From positions 18,832 through 82,831 of the forward strand of contig CAJOCL010000010.1 in the NCBI GenBank assembly GCA_905233565.1: DNA of 64,000 nucleotides, read 5' to 3'. Positions 54,274-63,707 of the stretch are shown piece by piece (position 1 is the stretch's first letter; every line of letters begins with the position of its first letter). The stretch comes from an uncultured Synergistales bacterium. GTDB taxonomy: Bacteria; Synergistota; Synergistia; Synergistales; Aminobacteriaceae. The position numbers and the translations under genes are program-made. A model generated the notes under the pieces. That model did not search any database. It was not told the origin of the DNA and saw only the letters and a list, made by a program, of their open reading frames with translations.

Positions 54274-55806
54274 ATGAAACAGGTAAAAATTTTCGATACG
54301 ACATTAAGAGACGGCGAACAGTCACCCGGCTGCAGCATGAATCTGAGCGAAAAAATCGTAATGGCCCGTCAGCTTGACAAGCTCGGAGTTGACATAATCG
54401 AGGCAGGATTCGCAATAGCCTCGCCGATGGATTTCAAGAGCATTCAGGCAATCGCTCAGGCAGCTTCAAACTGTACGATAGCCAGCCTTGCACGGGCTAA
54501 CAAGGGCGATATTGACGCGGCATGGGACGCGGTTAAAGACGCAAAGAAACCGCGTATTCACTTATTCATAGCGACAAGCGATGTTCACATGCAGTATAAA
54601 TTACGAATGACGCGTGAACAGGTTCTGCAGACAATAAGCGAAATGACGGCTTATGCAAAATCAAAGTGTAATGACATCGAATTTTCGGCGGAAGATGCCT
54701 CGCGTTCGGACAGGGAATTTCTTGCGAAGTGTTTCACGAACGCCATAGCCGCAGGAGCTACAACGATAAACGTTCCCGACACTGTAGGATATTCAACGCC
54801 TCAGGAAATGGCCGATCTAATCACTTACCTGAGAGAACATGTTGAAGGTATCGACAAGATAGATATTTCCGTACACTGCCATAATGATTTGGGAATGGGC
54901 GTTGCAAATTCTCTGGCATGCGTAAAGGCCGGAGCTACTCAGGTTGAATGCACCGTGAACGGTATCGGAGAACGTGCAGGAAATGCAAGCCTCGAAGAAA
55001 TAGTTATGGCAATAAAGACCAGAAAAGATTTTTACGATGCCGACACGAACATAAACACGCGTGAAATTTACAAGTCAAGCAGACTTCTCAGCAACATTAC
55101 GGGCGTTCCGATTGCGCCGACAAAGCCTATAGTAGGTGCAAACGCATTCGCACACGAAGCAGGCATTCACCAGCATGGAGTTATAGCCAATGCACAGACA
55201 TATGAAATAATGAATCCTGACGACATCGGAATACCTCATAGGGCGTTAGTTCTGGGCAAGCATTCAGGGAAACACGCAATCCGTGAGAGGCTCGAATCAA
55301 TGGGCTATGAGATTCCTGATGAGGAACTTGAGGACATTTTCACGAGGTTCAAGAAACTTGCTGACGAAAAGAAGACAATAACAAGCTCAGACCTTGAGGC
55401 TCTTACGCTTCACAGGTCAAGAATTATTCGTCCTGAAGAAAATTCAGCGTCATCATGCCATTTAATCAGCCATTCTATAACGTCAGGCAGCGACATTCCT
55501 AAAATTTCATACGTAAAACTCAGGAAGGATAATAATATTCTTGAAGGTGTCGAATACGGTGCGGGGCCTCTTGATGCTGCGTTCAAGGCTGTAAATAAAA
55601 TGCTCGGTGTTGATGCGAGGCTTGAAGATTTCAGCGTCCGTGCTGTAACTGAAGGTGAGGACAGTATCGGCGAGGCAGTTGTTAAGATTTCCAGTACGTC
55701 AAGCGGTGAAATGTATACGGGCTCGGGGATTTCAACGGATATTGTTGAAGCGTCATTGCAGGCGTATATCAGCGGTATAAACAAGATGTTTGAGGAAGAG
55801 AGATAA
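54274..55806 (+). CDS. leuA: 2-isopropylmalate synthase
   Basis: 510 aa. IFDTTLRDGEQSPG, HCHNDLGMGVANSLA, ECTVNGIGERAGNASLEE and the C-terminal LeuA allosteric domain are present. Confidence 0.9.
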   Translation: MKQVKIFDTTLRDGEQSPGCSMNLSEKIVMARQLDKLGVDIIEAGFAIASPMDFKSIQAIAQAASNCTIASLARANKGDIDAAWDAVKDAKKPRIHLFIATSDVHMQYKLRMTREQVLQTISEMTAYAKSKCNDIEFSAEDASRSDREFLAKCFTNAIAAGATTINVPDTVGYSTPQEMADLITYLREHVEGIDKIDISVHCHNDLGMGVANSLACVKAGATQVECTVNGIGERAGNASLEEIVMAIKTRKDFYDADTNINTREIYKSSRLLSNITGVPIAPTKPIVGANAFAHEAGIHQHGVIANAQTYEIMNPDDIGIPHRALVLGKHSGKHAIRERLESMGYEIPDEELEDIFTRFKKLADEKKTITSSDLEALTLHRSRIIRPEENSASSCHLISHSITSGSDIPKISYVKLRKDNNILEGVEYGAGPLDAAFKAVNKMLGVDARLEDFSVRAVTEGEDSIGEAVVKISSTSSGEMYTGSGISTDIVEASLQAYISGINKMFEEER

Positions 55807-55822
55807 TAAGAGATAATATTAA

Positions 55823-55848
55823 CCGCCACACAGCGTGGCGGCTTTTCA
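55823..55848 (+). terminator. Rho-independent terminator after leuA
   Basis: CCGCCAC-acagc-GTGGCGG followed by CTTTTCATTTGTT. Confidence 0.75.
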
Positions 55849-55953
55849 TTTGTTGTCCGCTCATGGCCATGTCGCACTGGTTTATAACGGTCAAAATTCT
55901 GTCGGCCTTAATATTCAGTAAAAGCATGTCAACAAAAAGCGGGTACACCGTTC

Positions 55954-56668
55954 CTAGATGCTGTCGCCTAGTCCCGGAGTATCCCAGAAGCGCAGAATAT
56001 CATTCAGCCTGTGTTCGGTTACATTCATTGTCTCAGGTGCAAAGCTGTGCCCAACTTTTGCGGTATCTGCCTCAAATATTGCGTTAGGGTGCTTCCTGAC
56101 CTTCATTGTCATCCTCTTTGTACCCTGCTGAATAATACATAGTCTCAACAGAAATGCCAGTAGTTTGTTCGATTCTGCGCCTGAAAGTATCTGCTCTTCC
56201 GTCAAGCTCTGCGGTTAATTTTTCATCAGGTCTGCTGTTCTCGTAATCCCAATGTCTGGGCATTACGGAATCGCACTTGTTGAGAGCGGCAATAATTCTT
56301 GTCCTTTTGTCGTTTTCATCGCCCAGATTAGGCAGAATAACATCAGTGATAAGGCTGTACGTTGTGCCTAAATCACGTGACGCAGCGTCAGCAATAACAA
56401 GCACCAAGTCAATCATATAGGCTCCTGAATTGTCTTTCTTGTGCAGAAGTTCAACGATTTTACGTGCGTGTTCAGGGTCTTTTCTGCCGTCCCCAAGTCC
56501 CGAAGAATCCCATAAAGTTATTTTGTCGTTCAGCTCGTATGATTTAATTTCCATTGTCTCTGGTTCGGCGTGAATACCAACTCTTGAAATTTCGCGCCCG
56601 AACAACGCATTAATCGTTGAGCTTTTCCCGACACCTGTACCGCCTGTAATAACGCAAAAAAAATCCCC
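55954..56668 (-). pseudogene. Decayed pair of small GTPase genes (YfjP/YeeP-like, MMR_HSR1-type)
   Basis: Fragment 1 is in frame from 56668: GDFFCVITGGTGVGKSSTINALFGREISRVG...LWDSSGLGD...NKCD (G1, G3, G4). It has no plausible start before the P-loop, which abuts the larC terminator T-run. Fragment 2 (56110-55954) is NAIFEADTAKVGHSFAPETMNVTEHRLNDILRFWDTPGLGDSI-stop. It has no P-loop and ends right after G3. Confidence 0.65.
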
Positions 56669-56689
56669 TCAGCATATAACTGAAGGGAT
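56656..56689 (-). terminator. Rho-independent terminator after larC
   Basis: Minus strand reads ATCCCTTCAG-ttatatg-CTGAGGGGAT followed by TTTTTTTT. Confidence 0.75.
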
Positions 56690-56706
56690 AAAATTTATGT
56701 TTCTGT

Positions 56707-57912
56707 TTATATTTCTTTAGATATTAAATTCCTTATTTCCCATACCGGTTTATCATTAATCTTTGCCAGTTCTTTCAAGTCCTCATATTCCGGGACTTTC
56801 CGCAAAATTTTCCCGTCAAGCTCCGTAACTTTAACATGTATCTTTCCAAGCGTCGTAGCAGCCTCTTCAATTTTCCAATTCAGCCTTAACCTGTCATATT
56901 CCTTAACTCTTACGCCCTGAGTTGTCGTCTGGGCAAGTATAATCCTGCTGAGTTTGAACGTATCATCAGGACGCGCAAGACAGCAGAGCTTAACGCCCGG
57001 CCTTCCCTTTTTCATGTATATATTTTCAAGCCATACATCAAGGCCGCCCGACTCGAATAATTTTCCGAAAACAGGCTCGTAATCCTGCGGGTTCATGTCA
57101 TCAATATTGCATTCTATAAGTGTTACGTTTTCACGGACAAGGCCGCCGACTTCTCCTGAAGTCTCAAGCATGACAGCGCGCAACGCGTTGGGCATGTCAT
57201 TGCTGTTACGGTTACCCAATCCGAAACCTGACGCGATAATTTTGCCTGAAGGCATGGTGCTGAAACCGTCAGCAATGCACTTAACGATAAGCGCACCCGT
57301 CGGGGTAGTTCTTTCCATAGGCTCGCCATTTGAAAAGACAGGGAGGCCGTGCAGAAGATATTCAGCTGCCGGAGCAGGTACCGGCAATATACCGTGAGCG
57401 CATTCAACCGTCCCTGAACCTACGTTTACGGCTGAACAGAGAACTCTCGGCCAGTTCAGAATATCCATGAGTATGAACGCCCCCGCAATGTCAATAATTG
57501 AGTCTACGGCTCCGACCTCGTGAAAATGAATCTTGTCGGCCGTTGTCCCGTGAACATGTGCCTCAGCGTCAGCAAGCATTGAAAAAGCCCTCAAAGTCTC
57601 GCGCTTAACTCTCTGCGTCAAATCGCTGCCGATTATCATCGCTTCAATGTCTGATAAATGCCTGTGATGATGATGTTCGTGTTCATGATCATCATGGCCG
57701 TGTAAGTTCTTTAATTGAACATCGAAATTTATTCCTGCTATGCCGTTCTTCGTCGTATGCTCGATTATCAGCTTGTATTCGTCAGGGTCGAGGGCGTGGA
57801 TTTTCAAGATTTCGTCCTTGATTATTTCAGGATTAGGCACGAGATTAAGCAGTGCGCCTATGAACATATCGCCCGCAATTCCGGCGAAACAGTCTAAATA
57901 TAACGTTTTCAA
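56707..57912 (-). CDS. larC: Nickel insertion protein LarC (DUF111 family, nickel-pincer cofactor biosynthesis)
   Basis: 401 aa. MKTLYLDCFAGIAGDMFIGALL, the His-rich HGHDDHEHEHHHHRH, FHEVGAVDSIIDI and the C-terminal KKGRPG region match LarC. Confidence 0.85.
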   Translation of the reverse strand: MKTLYLDCFAGIAGDMFIGALLNLVPNPEIIKDEILKIHALDPDEYKLIIEHTTKNGIAGINFDVQLKNLHGHDDHEHEHHHHRHLSDIEAMIIGSDLTQRVKRETLRAFSMLADAEAHVHGTTADKIHFHEVGAVDSIIDIAGAFILMDILNWPRVLCSAVNVGSGTVECAHGILPVPAPAAEYLLHGLPVFSNGEPMERTTPTGALIVKCIADGFSTMPSGKIIASGFGLGNRNSNDMPNALRAVMLETSGEVGGLVRENVTLIECNIDDMNPQDYEPVFGKLFESGGLDVWLENIYMKKGRPGVKLCCLARPDDTFKLSRIILAQTTTQGVRVKEYDRLRLNWKIEEAATTLGKIHVKVTELDGKILRKVPEYEDLKELAKINDKPVWEIRNLISKEI

Positions 57913-57919
57913 TTAAAAA

Positions 57920-58792
57920 TTAACCTTCTTTCTTGTGTCTTGTATATGATAATAATTCCTCAAATGGATTTTTCTCACGCGTTTCATTATTATCTTTTAA
58001 TATAACTTTTTCATTATCTCTGTGATACGGCCTCGCACTTCCTGAAATGCTCTGAAGCACGTTATGCCCTTCACTTTCTGACAGAACGGGGACAACTGTA
58101 GAAACATCGCTCTGACATGAAAATGAAATGTCATCATTGTAGCCTATCTGTTCCAAATATTTTGCATGGGTTGACAGCCTGATGAATTTTTCAAGATTAA
58201 CATCCCTGTTCTGCCATAAAGTTAATGACATTCTCGCGCTGTCTGACATTAAAACTTCACCGCGTTCACCGAGCCTCTCAATTATTGCGCCTGCACAAAG
58301 AGTATCTTCCCATGAAGGGCGGGACTTTCTGCCCGAACAAAGAAGGCCGATACGTTTGCCGATAGTCAGGGCGTAATCAAGGCAGGCTGAATAATTCCTG
58401 AAACTCGCGGCGATGACGGGACAGCCCGTTGATGCTGCCTCTGATAAAGCGACAGTGCCGTTAGTTGTTGACATTACACCGCAGTAATGCCCCCTGACAA
58501 TATCGTATGTTAATTCAATCGGCGAATTTCCTGCGTCAAAACCTTCAGGGGGAATGCCGTTTACTTCACCCATTAAGAGCGGTGTAGAGCCCCTGCCTTT
58601 CAGTTCCTGAACTAATTCGCGCGCATTGTCAGGAGTTTTAACGGGGTATAATTCCGTTCCGCCCAGTTCAAACCATCTTGTAATAACAGTAGTGGCTCGC
58701 AGAACGTCTATAACGAGCCACACATCAGCGGAGGGCAGATAATTTCCTTCACCGCACGAAAAGACTAAATCAGCCTCGTAATTTTCAGCCAT
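57920..58792 (-). CDS. 2-phosphosulfolactate phosphatase (ComB) family protein
   Basis: 290 aa. VIDVLRATTVIT and GEVNGIPPEGFDAGNSP are ComB-family motifs. Confidence 0.7.
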   Translation of the reverse strand: MAENYEADLVFSCGEGNYLPSADVWLVIDVLRATTVITRWFELGGTELYPVKTPDNARELVQELKGRGSTPLLMGEVNGIPPEGFDAGNSPIELTYDIVRGHYCGVMSTTNGTVALSEAASTGCPVIAASFRNYSACLDYALTIGKRIGLLCSGRKSRPSWEDTLCAGAIIERLGERGEVLMSDSARMSLTLWQNRDVNLEKFIRLSTHAKYLEQIGYNDDISFSCQSDVSTVVPVLSESEGHNVLQSISGSARPYHRDNEKVILKDNNETREKNPFEELLSYTRHKKEG

Positions 58793-58795
58793 AAT

Positions 58796-60232
58796 TTAAT
58801 AAGCCTTTGCAAAAACCGTGAGCCTTGCGCCGTCATTTCCGGTGATGATACATTTTCCGTTATTTCCGCCGGGCAGGACAACTCTTGGAGTTGCGCCAGT
58901 CTCCTCACGTATACGGACTTCATCTTCAGGAGTGCCGCCGAAATATGCGCGTACGAAACCGCCCTTATTCTCGATAATTTCTTTCAGTTCCTCATAACTT
59001 GAGGCATCGCGGGTATTTTCATCCCTGAAATTCTTTGCGCGCGCGTAAAGATTGCTTTGAATGTCATCAAGCAGCTTTTTAACTGTAGTTATTACTGCTT
59101 CATTTTTAACGTCGATTTTTTCGCCGGTGTCTCTGCGTACGATTCTGACAGTGCCTGCTGCCAAATCCTTTTCGCCGAGTTCAAGCCTCAATGGTACGCC
59201 CTTCTGAAGGTGAGCGAAAAATCTGTCGCCCGGCCTTGCGTGGAAATCAGTATCAACCTTAGTAAACATTCCGCCTAATTCGTCATCAAGTTTTGCTGAT
59301 AACTCTTTAGCTTTGGGCAGTATTTCATTTTCTGCAATGCTTTCATCTTTTGAAATCGGGAGAATGACGGCTTTAACGGGTGCAATTCTGGGAGGAATTA
59401 TGAGACCGTCATCGTCTGAATGCGTCATGATTAACGCGCCTACCGATCTTGTCGAAAGTCCCCAGCTTGTAGTCCAGCAGTAAGATAATTCGCCTTCCCT
59501 GTTCTGGAACTGAATTTCAAAAGCCTTTGCGAAATTCTGGCCTAAGAAGTGGCTTGTTGCTGACTGCAAGGCTCTTGTATCGCTCATCATCGCTTCACAT
59601 GTGTAAGTGTCAACGGCACCGGGGAATCTTTCGCCTGCAGTTTTTTCACCTGAGAGAACGGGAATTGCTAACTCTTCCTCGAGAACTTTCCTGTAAACCT
59701 CAAGCATTTTCAGAGTTTCTTCACGTGCTTCCTTTTCAGTCTCGTGTGCGGTGTGTCCTTCCTGCCATAAAAATTCGGACGTTCTCAAAAATAATCTTGG
59801 TCTTTTTTCCCAGCGCATGACGTTGCACCATTGATTAATTAAGACGGGAAGATCGCGCCATGACTGTATCCACTTTGAATACATATGACCGATTATAGTT
59901 TCTGATGTCGGACGGACGGCAAAAGGCTCTTCAAGTTCCTCACCGCCCGCGTGCGTAACCATAGCAAGCTCAGGGGCGAAACCTTCAACGTGTTCCGCCT
60001 CTTTCTGAAAAAATGACGCAGGTATAAGGACAGGGAAATACGCATTTACATGTCCCGTTTTTTTGAACTCTGAATCAAGTTTTGCCTGGATATTTTCCCA
60101 GATTGAGTAGCCTGTCGGACGTATAACCATACAGCCGCGAACGGGTGCATAATCTGCTAGTTCAGCGGCTTTAATTACATCAAGATACCACTGTGAATAA
60201 TTTTCTTTTCTGGGTGTTATGTTTCTTGCCAA
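58796..60232 (-). CDS. proS: Prolyl-tRNA synthetase (archaeal/eukaryote-like ~480-aa type)
   Basis: 478 aa with a TTG start and AAGGAGGA upstream. FSQWY-type N-terminus (NYSQWYLDVIKAAELADYAPVRGCMVIRPTGY), class II motifs and the C-terminal ProRS-C domain ending FAKAY. Confidence 0.9.
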   Translation of the reverse strand: MARNITPRKENYSQWYLDVIKAAELADYAPVRGCMVIRPTGYSIWENIQAKLDSEFKKTGHVNAYFPVLIPASFFQKEAEHVEGFAPELAMVTHAGGEELEEPFAVRPTSETIIGHMYSKWIQSWRDLPVLINQWCNVMRWEKRPRLFLRTSEFLWQEGHTAHETEKEAREETLKMLEVYRKVLEEELAIPVLSGEKTAGERFPGAVDTYTCEAMMSDTRALQSATSHFLGQNFAKAFEIQFQNREGELSYCWTTSWGLSTRSVGALIMTHSDDDGLIIPPRIAPVKAVILPISKDESIAENEILPKAKELSAKLDDELGGMFTKVDTDFHARPGDRFFAHLQKGVPLRLELGEKDLAAGTVRIVRRDTGEKIDVKNEAVITTVKKLLDDIQSNLYARAKNFRDENTRDASSYEELKEIIENKGGFVRAYFGGTPEDEVRIREETGATPRVVLPGGNNGKCIITGNDGARLTVFAKAY

Positions 60233-60235
60233 TTT

Positions 60236-60637
60236 TTACTTATCCTCCTTGTTTATCTGCCAGAGTGTTTTTACTCCGTCATACTTAACTATATTGCTGT
60301 CTTTTGTCAGGAGCGTTAAAATTTTTTCGATTGCCGTTGCCATTATGATACGGTCAAAAGGGTCTTTGTGTATAAGCGGCAATTTCTTTACGCGCTCGAA
60401 ATATTCACACTGCAATGGAAGCACGGTAATATTTTCTTTTTTGCATTTATCATCAAGTTCAAAGCTGGTCATATTAAGGTTAATTTTCCCGATAGTCTGT
60501 TTAATTACGATTTCCCAGAACGTAGCCTGACTGAGATAAATATTTTCGCTGTTATCGATTATTTCCCTTACTGCAGCCGGAAGCCTGTTGCCGCTCTCAA
60601 TATACCAAAGGAATGTGCAAGTATCCATTAAGTACAT
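60236..60637 (-). CDS. vapC: PIN-domain toxin (VapC-type, type II toxin-antitoxin)
   Basis: 133 aa. MYLMDTCTFLW (Asp near the N-terminus), ATFWEIVIK and HKDPFDRIIMATA are PIN acidic-residue motifs. There is a 1-nt overlap with the antitoxin gene. Confidence 0.8.
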   Translation of the reverse strand: MYLMDTCTFLWYIESGNRLPAAVREIIDNSENIYLSQATFWEIVIKQTIGKINLNMTSFELDDKCKKENITVLPLQCEYFERVKKLPLIHKDPFDRIIMATAIEKILTLLTKDSNIVKYDGVKTLWQINKEDK

Positions 60638-60903
60638 TAGACGGCGGCCTCCTGTATTTTTTCATCACGCATTGCCTCTAAAATGCGCATCTCGCTTTCT
60701 GAAACAAATTCCATAGGGTCATCAAAATCATCAGACATCAATATTTCACCCTGTATCCATTTGCCGGAACGATAAGGCTTTTTACTCTCTTTGCCAGACG
60801 CCTCAGAATTACTTATCAGGAAACGCACAAACTGAAGCAGGGTTTGAAGGCTGCTTTCAGGAACATCGTTAATATCGTGTAGGATTTCTTCCTTCAGTGT
60901 CAT
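60637..60903 (-). CDS. Type II antitoxin (DUF2281/VapB-like)
   Basis: ATG 60903 with GAGGAGGG upstream. This 88-aa small acidic protein lies immediately upstream of, and overlaps, vapC. Confidence 0.6.
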   Translation of the reverse strand: MTLKEEILHDINDVPESSLQTLLQFVRFLISNSEASGKESKKPYRSGKWIQGEILMSDDFDDPMEFVSESEMRILEAMRDEKIQEAAV

Positions 60904-60931
60904 GATTAATCCCTCCTCATTCAATGTCGGT

Positions 60932-63037
60932 TTACGGCAACGGATAGTGATCCCATATCGGGACGCCCAAGAAAAATCCTGCTTTCAGTTCTTCAGAACC
61001 GTACATAATGGCCAGTTTCATATCAACTATATTATTCGGGAAGTTCACCGCAGCTCCTATTTCCCACGGAGCATCTACCTTGTGCCATTCTTTGTCCATA
61101 GCGTAGCCCCAGCTTGCGAAAACCTCGCCGGCAATAACTCCCATAGCCGTACGGTTAAGTACCCGTCTGACAGCCAGATTAGCCCAGAACATCCTTTCAG
61201 CCTCTATAGGGCTTGACGCAACAGAATATAATTCTTCAGCAGCCCCCAAATATACTGCATGGCTTCTCCTGTTCATGTCCCCTTCGGCAAAACCTGCACG
61301 GAAGTACGTTCTCCATACATTCCAGACTTCAAGAGGCTTAAAGTATGTAACTCTGTAATTTATCTCGTCAAAATCAGGCCACCACGCGTTAATCTTCCAT
61401 GCGTAACCTCTTGTCGGGTCTGACGGCATGTCAAGAGTGTCATACTCGGCAAAGAATGTAATTCCTCCGGCTTCAGTCCCGTCTTTTGCCGATACTGAAT
61501 CACCGTCAACATGTTCATATGCGTAGCCCAATCCCAAATTTACATCGCCCCAAGTGAACAGTCTTGCTATTCCTATTGCGTACCTGTCCCAATCCCTGAC
61601 AACGTCATCTTTCACTACGGGCTGCCAGTTCTGTGCCGAAAGCGTAAACTGCCATGCGTCCATAGGCTGGGGAGCAGTCTGGTAAGTCAGGTCAATCCCC
61701 CATTGTTCGCCGAGCTTTGCAACACCTATTAACGAGTCATATTCTGATAATATCCCGTTAAGTTCGCCTTTAACATAAAGCCACCTGTTCGGGTGAAGGT
61801 TCGTTGTGTAGCCTGAAAGGCCGATTTTCAGTTCCGGAGATCTCCTGAGGTCTATACGTACGAGAATATCGCCTGAATCTGTACGCCCCAACTGGTAATC
61901 AGCCATTTCAACGCCTACGGATTCTGATAATTTGTCTACGGCTTCTTTCAGTTTGTTATCATCTACCGGCTTCCCTACCCAGCGCAATACCCTTTTTCTG
62001 ATAAATTCTGCCATTTTCGGCGGTACTCCGTGAACTTCAACATCCCCGACTATGTTGCTTAAATTCCTGTTCTCATTCTCAAACGTTAAAAGTGAAGGGC
62101 CTTTTTCTGACAGTTCTTTTATTTCGTCAATTTTTTTCATGGCCGCTTCAACGCCCAGAGCTACGACTACTTCAGGATCAATGTTATCAAGCGTCCCTAA
62201 GCCTGAAACATCAGGGGTTATAAGTATGTCTGCCGCTGCCCCTTCCTCGTCCGTCGTTCGCCTCATAAGTATAGTCAGTGATTGATTAAGAACGTCAAGA
62301 TATGAATTAACTTTGCTTTCCATGTTGCCCGAAATGTCTACGGCAACAATCGGAATGCCCGGAAATAATTCTTTTGCCGTGTAAACAGGAAGGTTTGAAA
62401 CGATTCCGCCGTCAACAAGAAGATGATCATCAATCTTCCAAGGCTCAAATACTAAAGGAATTGACATTGATGCCCTCATTGCCGCTGCAAGGTTGCCTTC
62501 TTTTAACACGACCTTTTCACCCGTGTTTATATCCGTAGCTACTGCAGCATAAGGAATGGGAAGATGATAGAAATCTGTCTCCGTAACGTGTCTCATGAGA
62601 TGCGAAAAATACGTGAACAGTTTATCACCCGTCAAAAGTCCTTTAGGCCCGACCTGTCCCCCCTGCTTCTTGTAAGTCAGTGCCGGGATAGTGCTTGTCT
62701 TTGCGCGTCTGTCATTCCCCGTAAAAACAAACATGGGGCCCGTGTTTTCACTAAGCAGGCTCGGAAGGTCAAGTTCCTGCAGTATCTTGTGCATGTCCTG
62801 AGTTGAATAACCGCTTGCCCTCAATGCACCCATTAATGCGCCCATGCTTGTACCGACTATTCCGATTATCGGTACTCCGTTAAGTTCGAGAGTTTCCATA
62901 ACTCCAAGATGTGCAAATCCCTTTGTTCCTCCGCCTGAAAGAACTAATACAACTCCGGCATCACCCTGAAGCGGACTCAGAACAAGAACGAGCGCAGCTA
63001 CGGAAAAGCAGATCAGACGTTTCAATTTCAAATTCAT
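60932..63037 (-). CDS. Patatin-like phospholipase fused to POTRA + Omp85-type beta-barrel (PlpD-like, type Vd secretion architecture)
   Basis: ATG 63037 (GGAAGGAG upstream) gives signal peptide MNLKLKRLICFSVAALVLVLSPLQGDAG. Patatin motifs are GGGTKGFAHLGV, GTSMG (GxSxG) and LVDGGIVSN (DGG). A POTRA-like segment follows, then a ~330-aa Gly/Tyr/Trp-rich beta-strand region. Confidence 0.75.
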   Translation of the reverse strand: MNLKLKRLICFSVAALVLVLSPLQGDAGVVLVLSGGGTKGFAHLGVMETLELNGVPIIGIVGTSMGALMGALRASGYSTQDMHKILQELDLPSLLSENTGPMFVFTGNDRRAKTSTIPALTYKKQGGQVGPKGLLTGDKLFTYFSHLMRHVTETDFYHLPIPYAAVATDINTGEKVVLKEGNLAAAMRASMSIPLVFEPWKIDDHLLVDGGIVSNLPVYTAKELFPGIPIVAVDISGNMESKVNSYLDVLNQSLTILMRRTTDEEGAAADILITPDVSGLGTLDNIDPEVVVALGVEAAMKKIDEIKELSEKGPSLLTFENENRNLSNIVGDVEVHGVPPKMAEFIRKRVLRWVGKPVDDNKLKEAVDKLSESVGVEMADYQLGRTDSGDILVRIDLRRSPELKIGLSGYTTNLHPNRWLYVKGELNGILSEYDSLIGVAKLGEQWGIDLTYQTAPQPMDAWQFTLSAQNWQPVVKDDVVRDWDRYAIGIARLFTWGDVNLGLGYAYEHVDGDSVSAKDGTEAGGITFFAEYDTLDMPSDPTRGYAWKINAWWPDFDEINYRVTYFKPLEVWNVWRTYFRAGFAEGDMNRRSHAVYLGAAEELYSVASSPIEAERMFWANLAVRRVLNRTAMGVIAGEVFASWGYAMDKEWHKVDAPWEIGAAVNFPNNIVDMKLAIMYGSEELKAGFFLGVPIWDHYPLP

Positions 63038-63153
63038 AGTAATATTAAACTCCTTCCCATATTTTAAGGAAAAACGATTCCGGCCCATTCAGACCAGAAT
63101 CGTTCCGGCAAAATCTTTCTGTTCTTTTTTACTTTTACTTGCTGTAATGGCCG

Positions 63154-63645
63154 TCAGTCAATCTTGAAAGAAAGCACTAAATAAAGCCCTCCAGAAGGCT
63201 CAAGCGTAAAAGGCAGAGTAAAACTTCTCATTCCATTATCTTCTTTTGTTACATTCCTGATATTCTCCCCTACGATTAATTGCGGCGGTGTTACGTCAAC
63301 AGTCCCTAAAGCACTCTGAACAAGCGCACGTCCCCCTATCATGTTGGACAGCTCGCCGATTACGCTCATTGAGACATCATCGCCGAGAACTGGGGCAATC
63401 ATTCCGCCCGACATTGCCTTGATGATATTATCGAAACCGTCCTTGTCCAGCATTATATTGACCGTCCCTCGAGACCCTACCCCTACGACTCCGATTAAGG
63501 CAGTTGTGCAGATATTATTGACCTTTATGCCCGGAGAGACCTTTGACTTGTTGAGGGTGATATTAAGCCCCACCTCTCGCCCTACTGAAAGAACAGCCGA
63601 TGCAAAACTATTTACTAGAGCGATAAGTTTATCATTACCGGCCAT
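63154..63645 (-). CDS. CheX/CheC-like chemotaxis phosphatase domain protein
   Basis: 163 aa. TALIGVVGVGSRGTVNIMLD and ELSNMIGGRA are typical of the CheX/CheC fold. Confidence 0.6.
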   Translation of the reverse strand: MAGNDKLIALVNSFASAVLSVGREVGLNITLNKSKVSPGIKVNNICTTALIGVVGVGSRGTVNIMLDKDGFDNIIKAMSGGMIAPVLGDDVSMSVIGELSNMIGGRALVQSALGTVDVTPPQLIVGENIRNVTKEDNGMRSFTLPFTLEPSGGLYLVLSFKID

Positions 63646-63707
63646 CTGAATTAAATCTCCCTCCCTGTAGTAAATAAAAATTATGACTTTGATTTGAATT
63701 TTTCATA

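Noticed and set aside
55410-55877. 155-aa minus-strand ORF overlapping the 3' end of leuA.
   Set aside because: It is antisense to the leuA allosteric-domain coding region and crosses the leuA terminator. It has no recognisable motif and is judged a shadow ORF.
57640-57700. Run of cat/cac-rich sequence (His codons) in the minus-strand gene.
   Set aside because: It encodes the His-rich metal-binding segment HGHDDHEHEHHHHRH, which is a normal feature of LarC. It is not a low-complexity artefact or repeat element.
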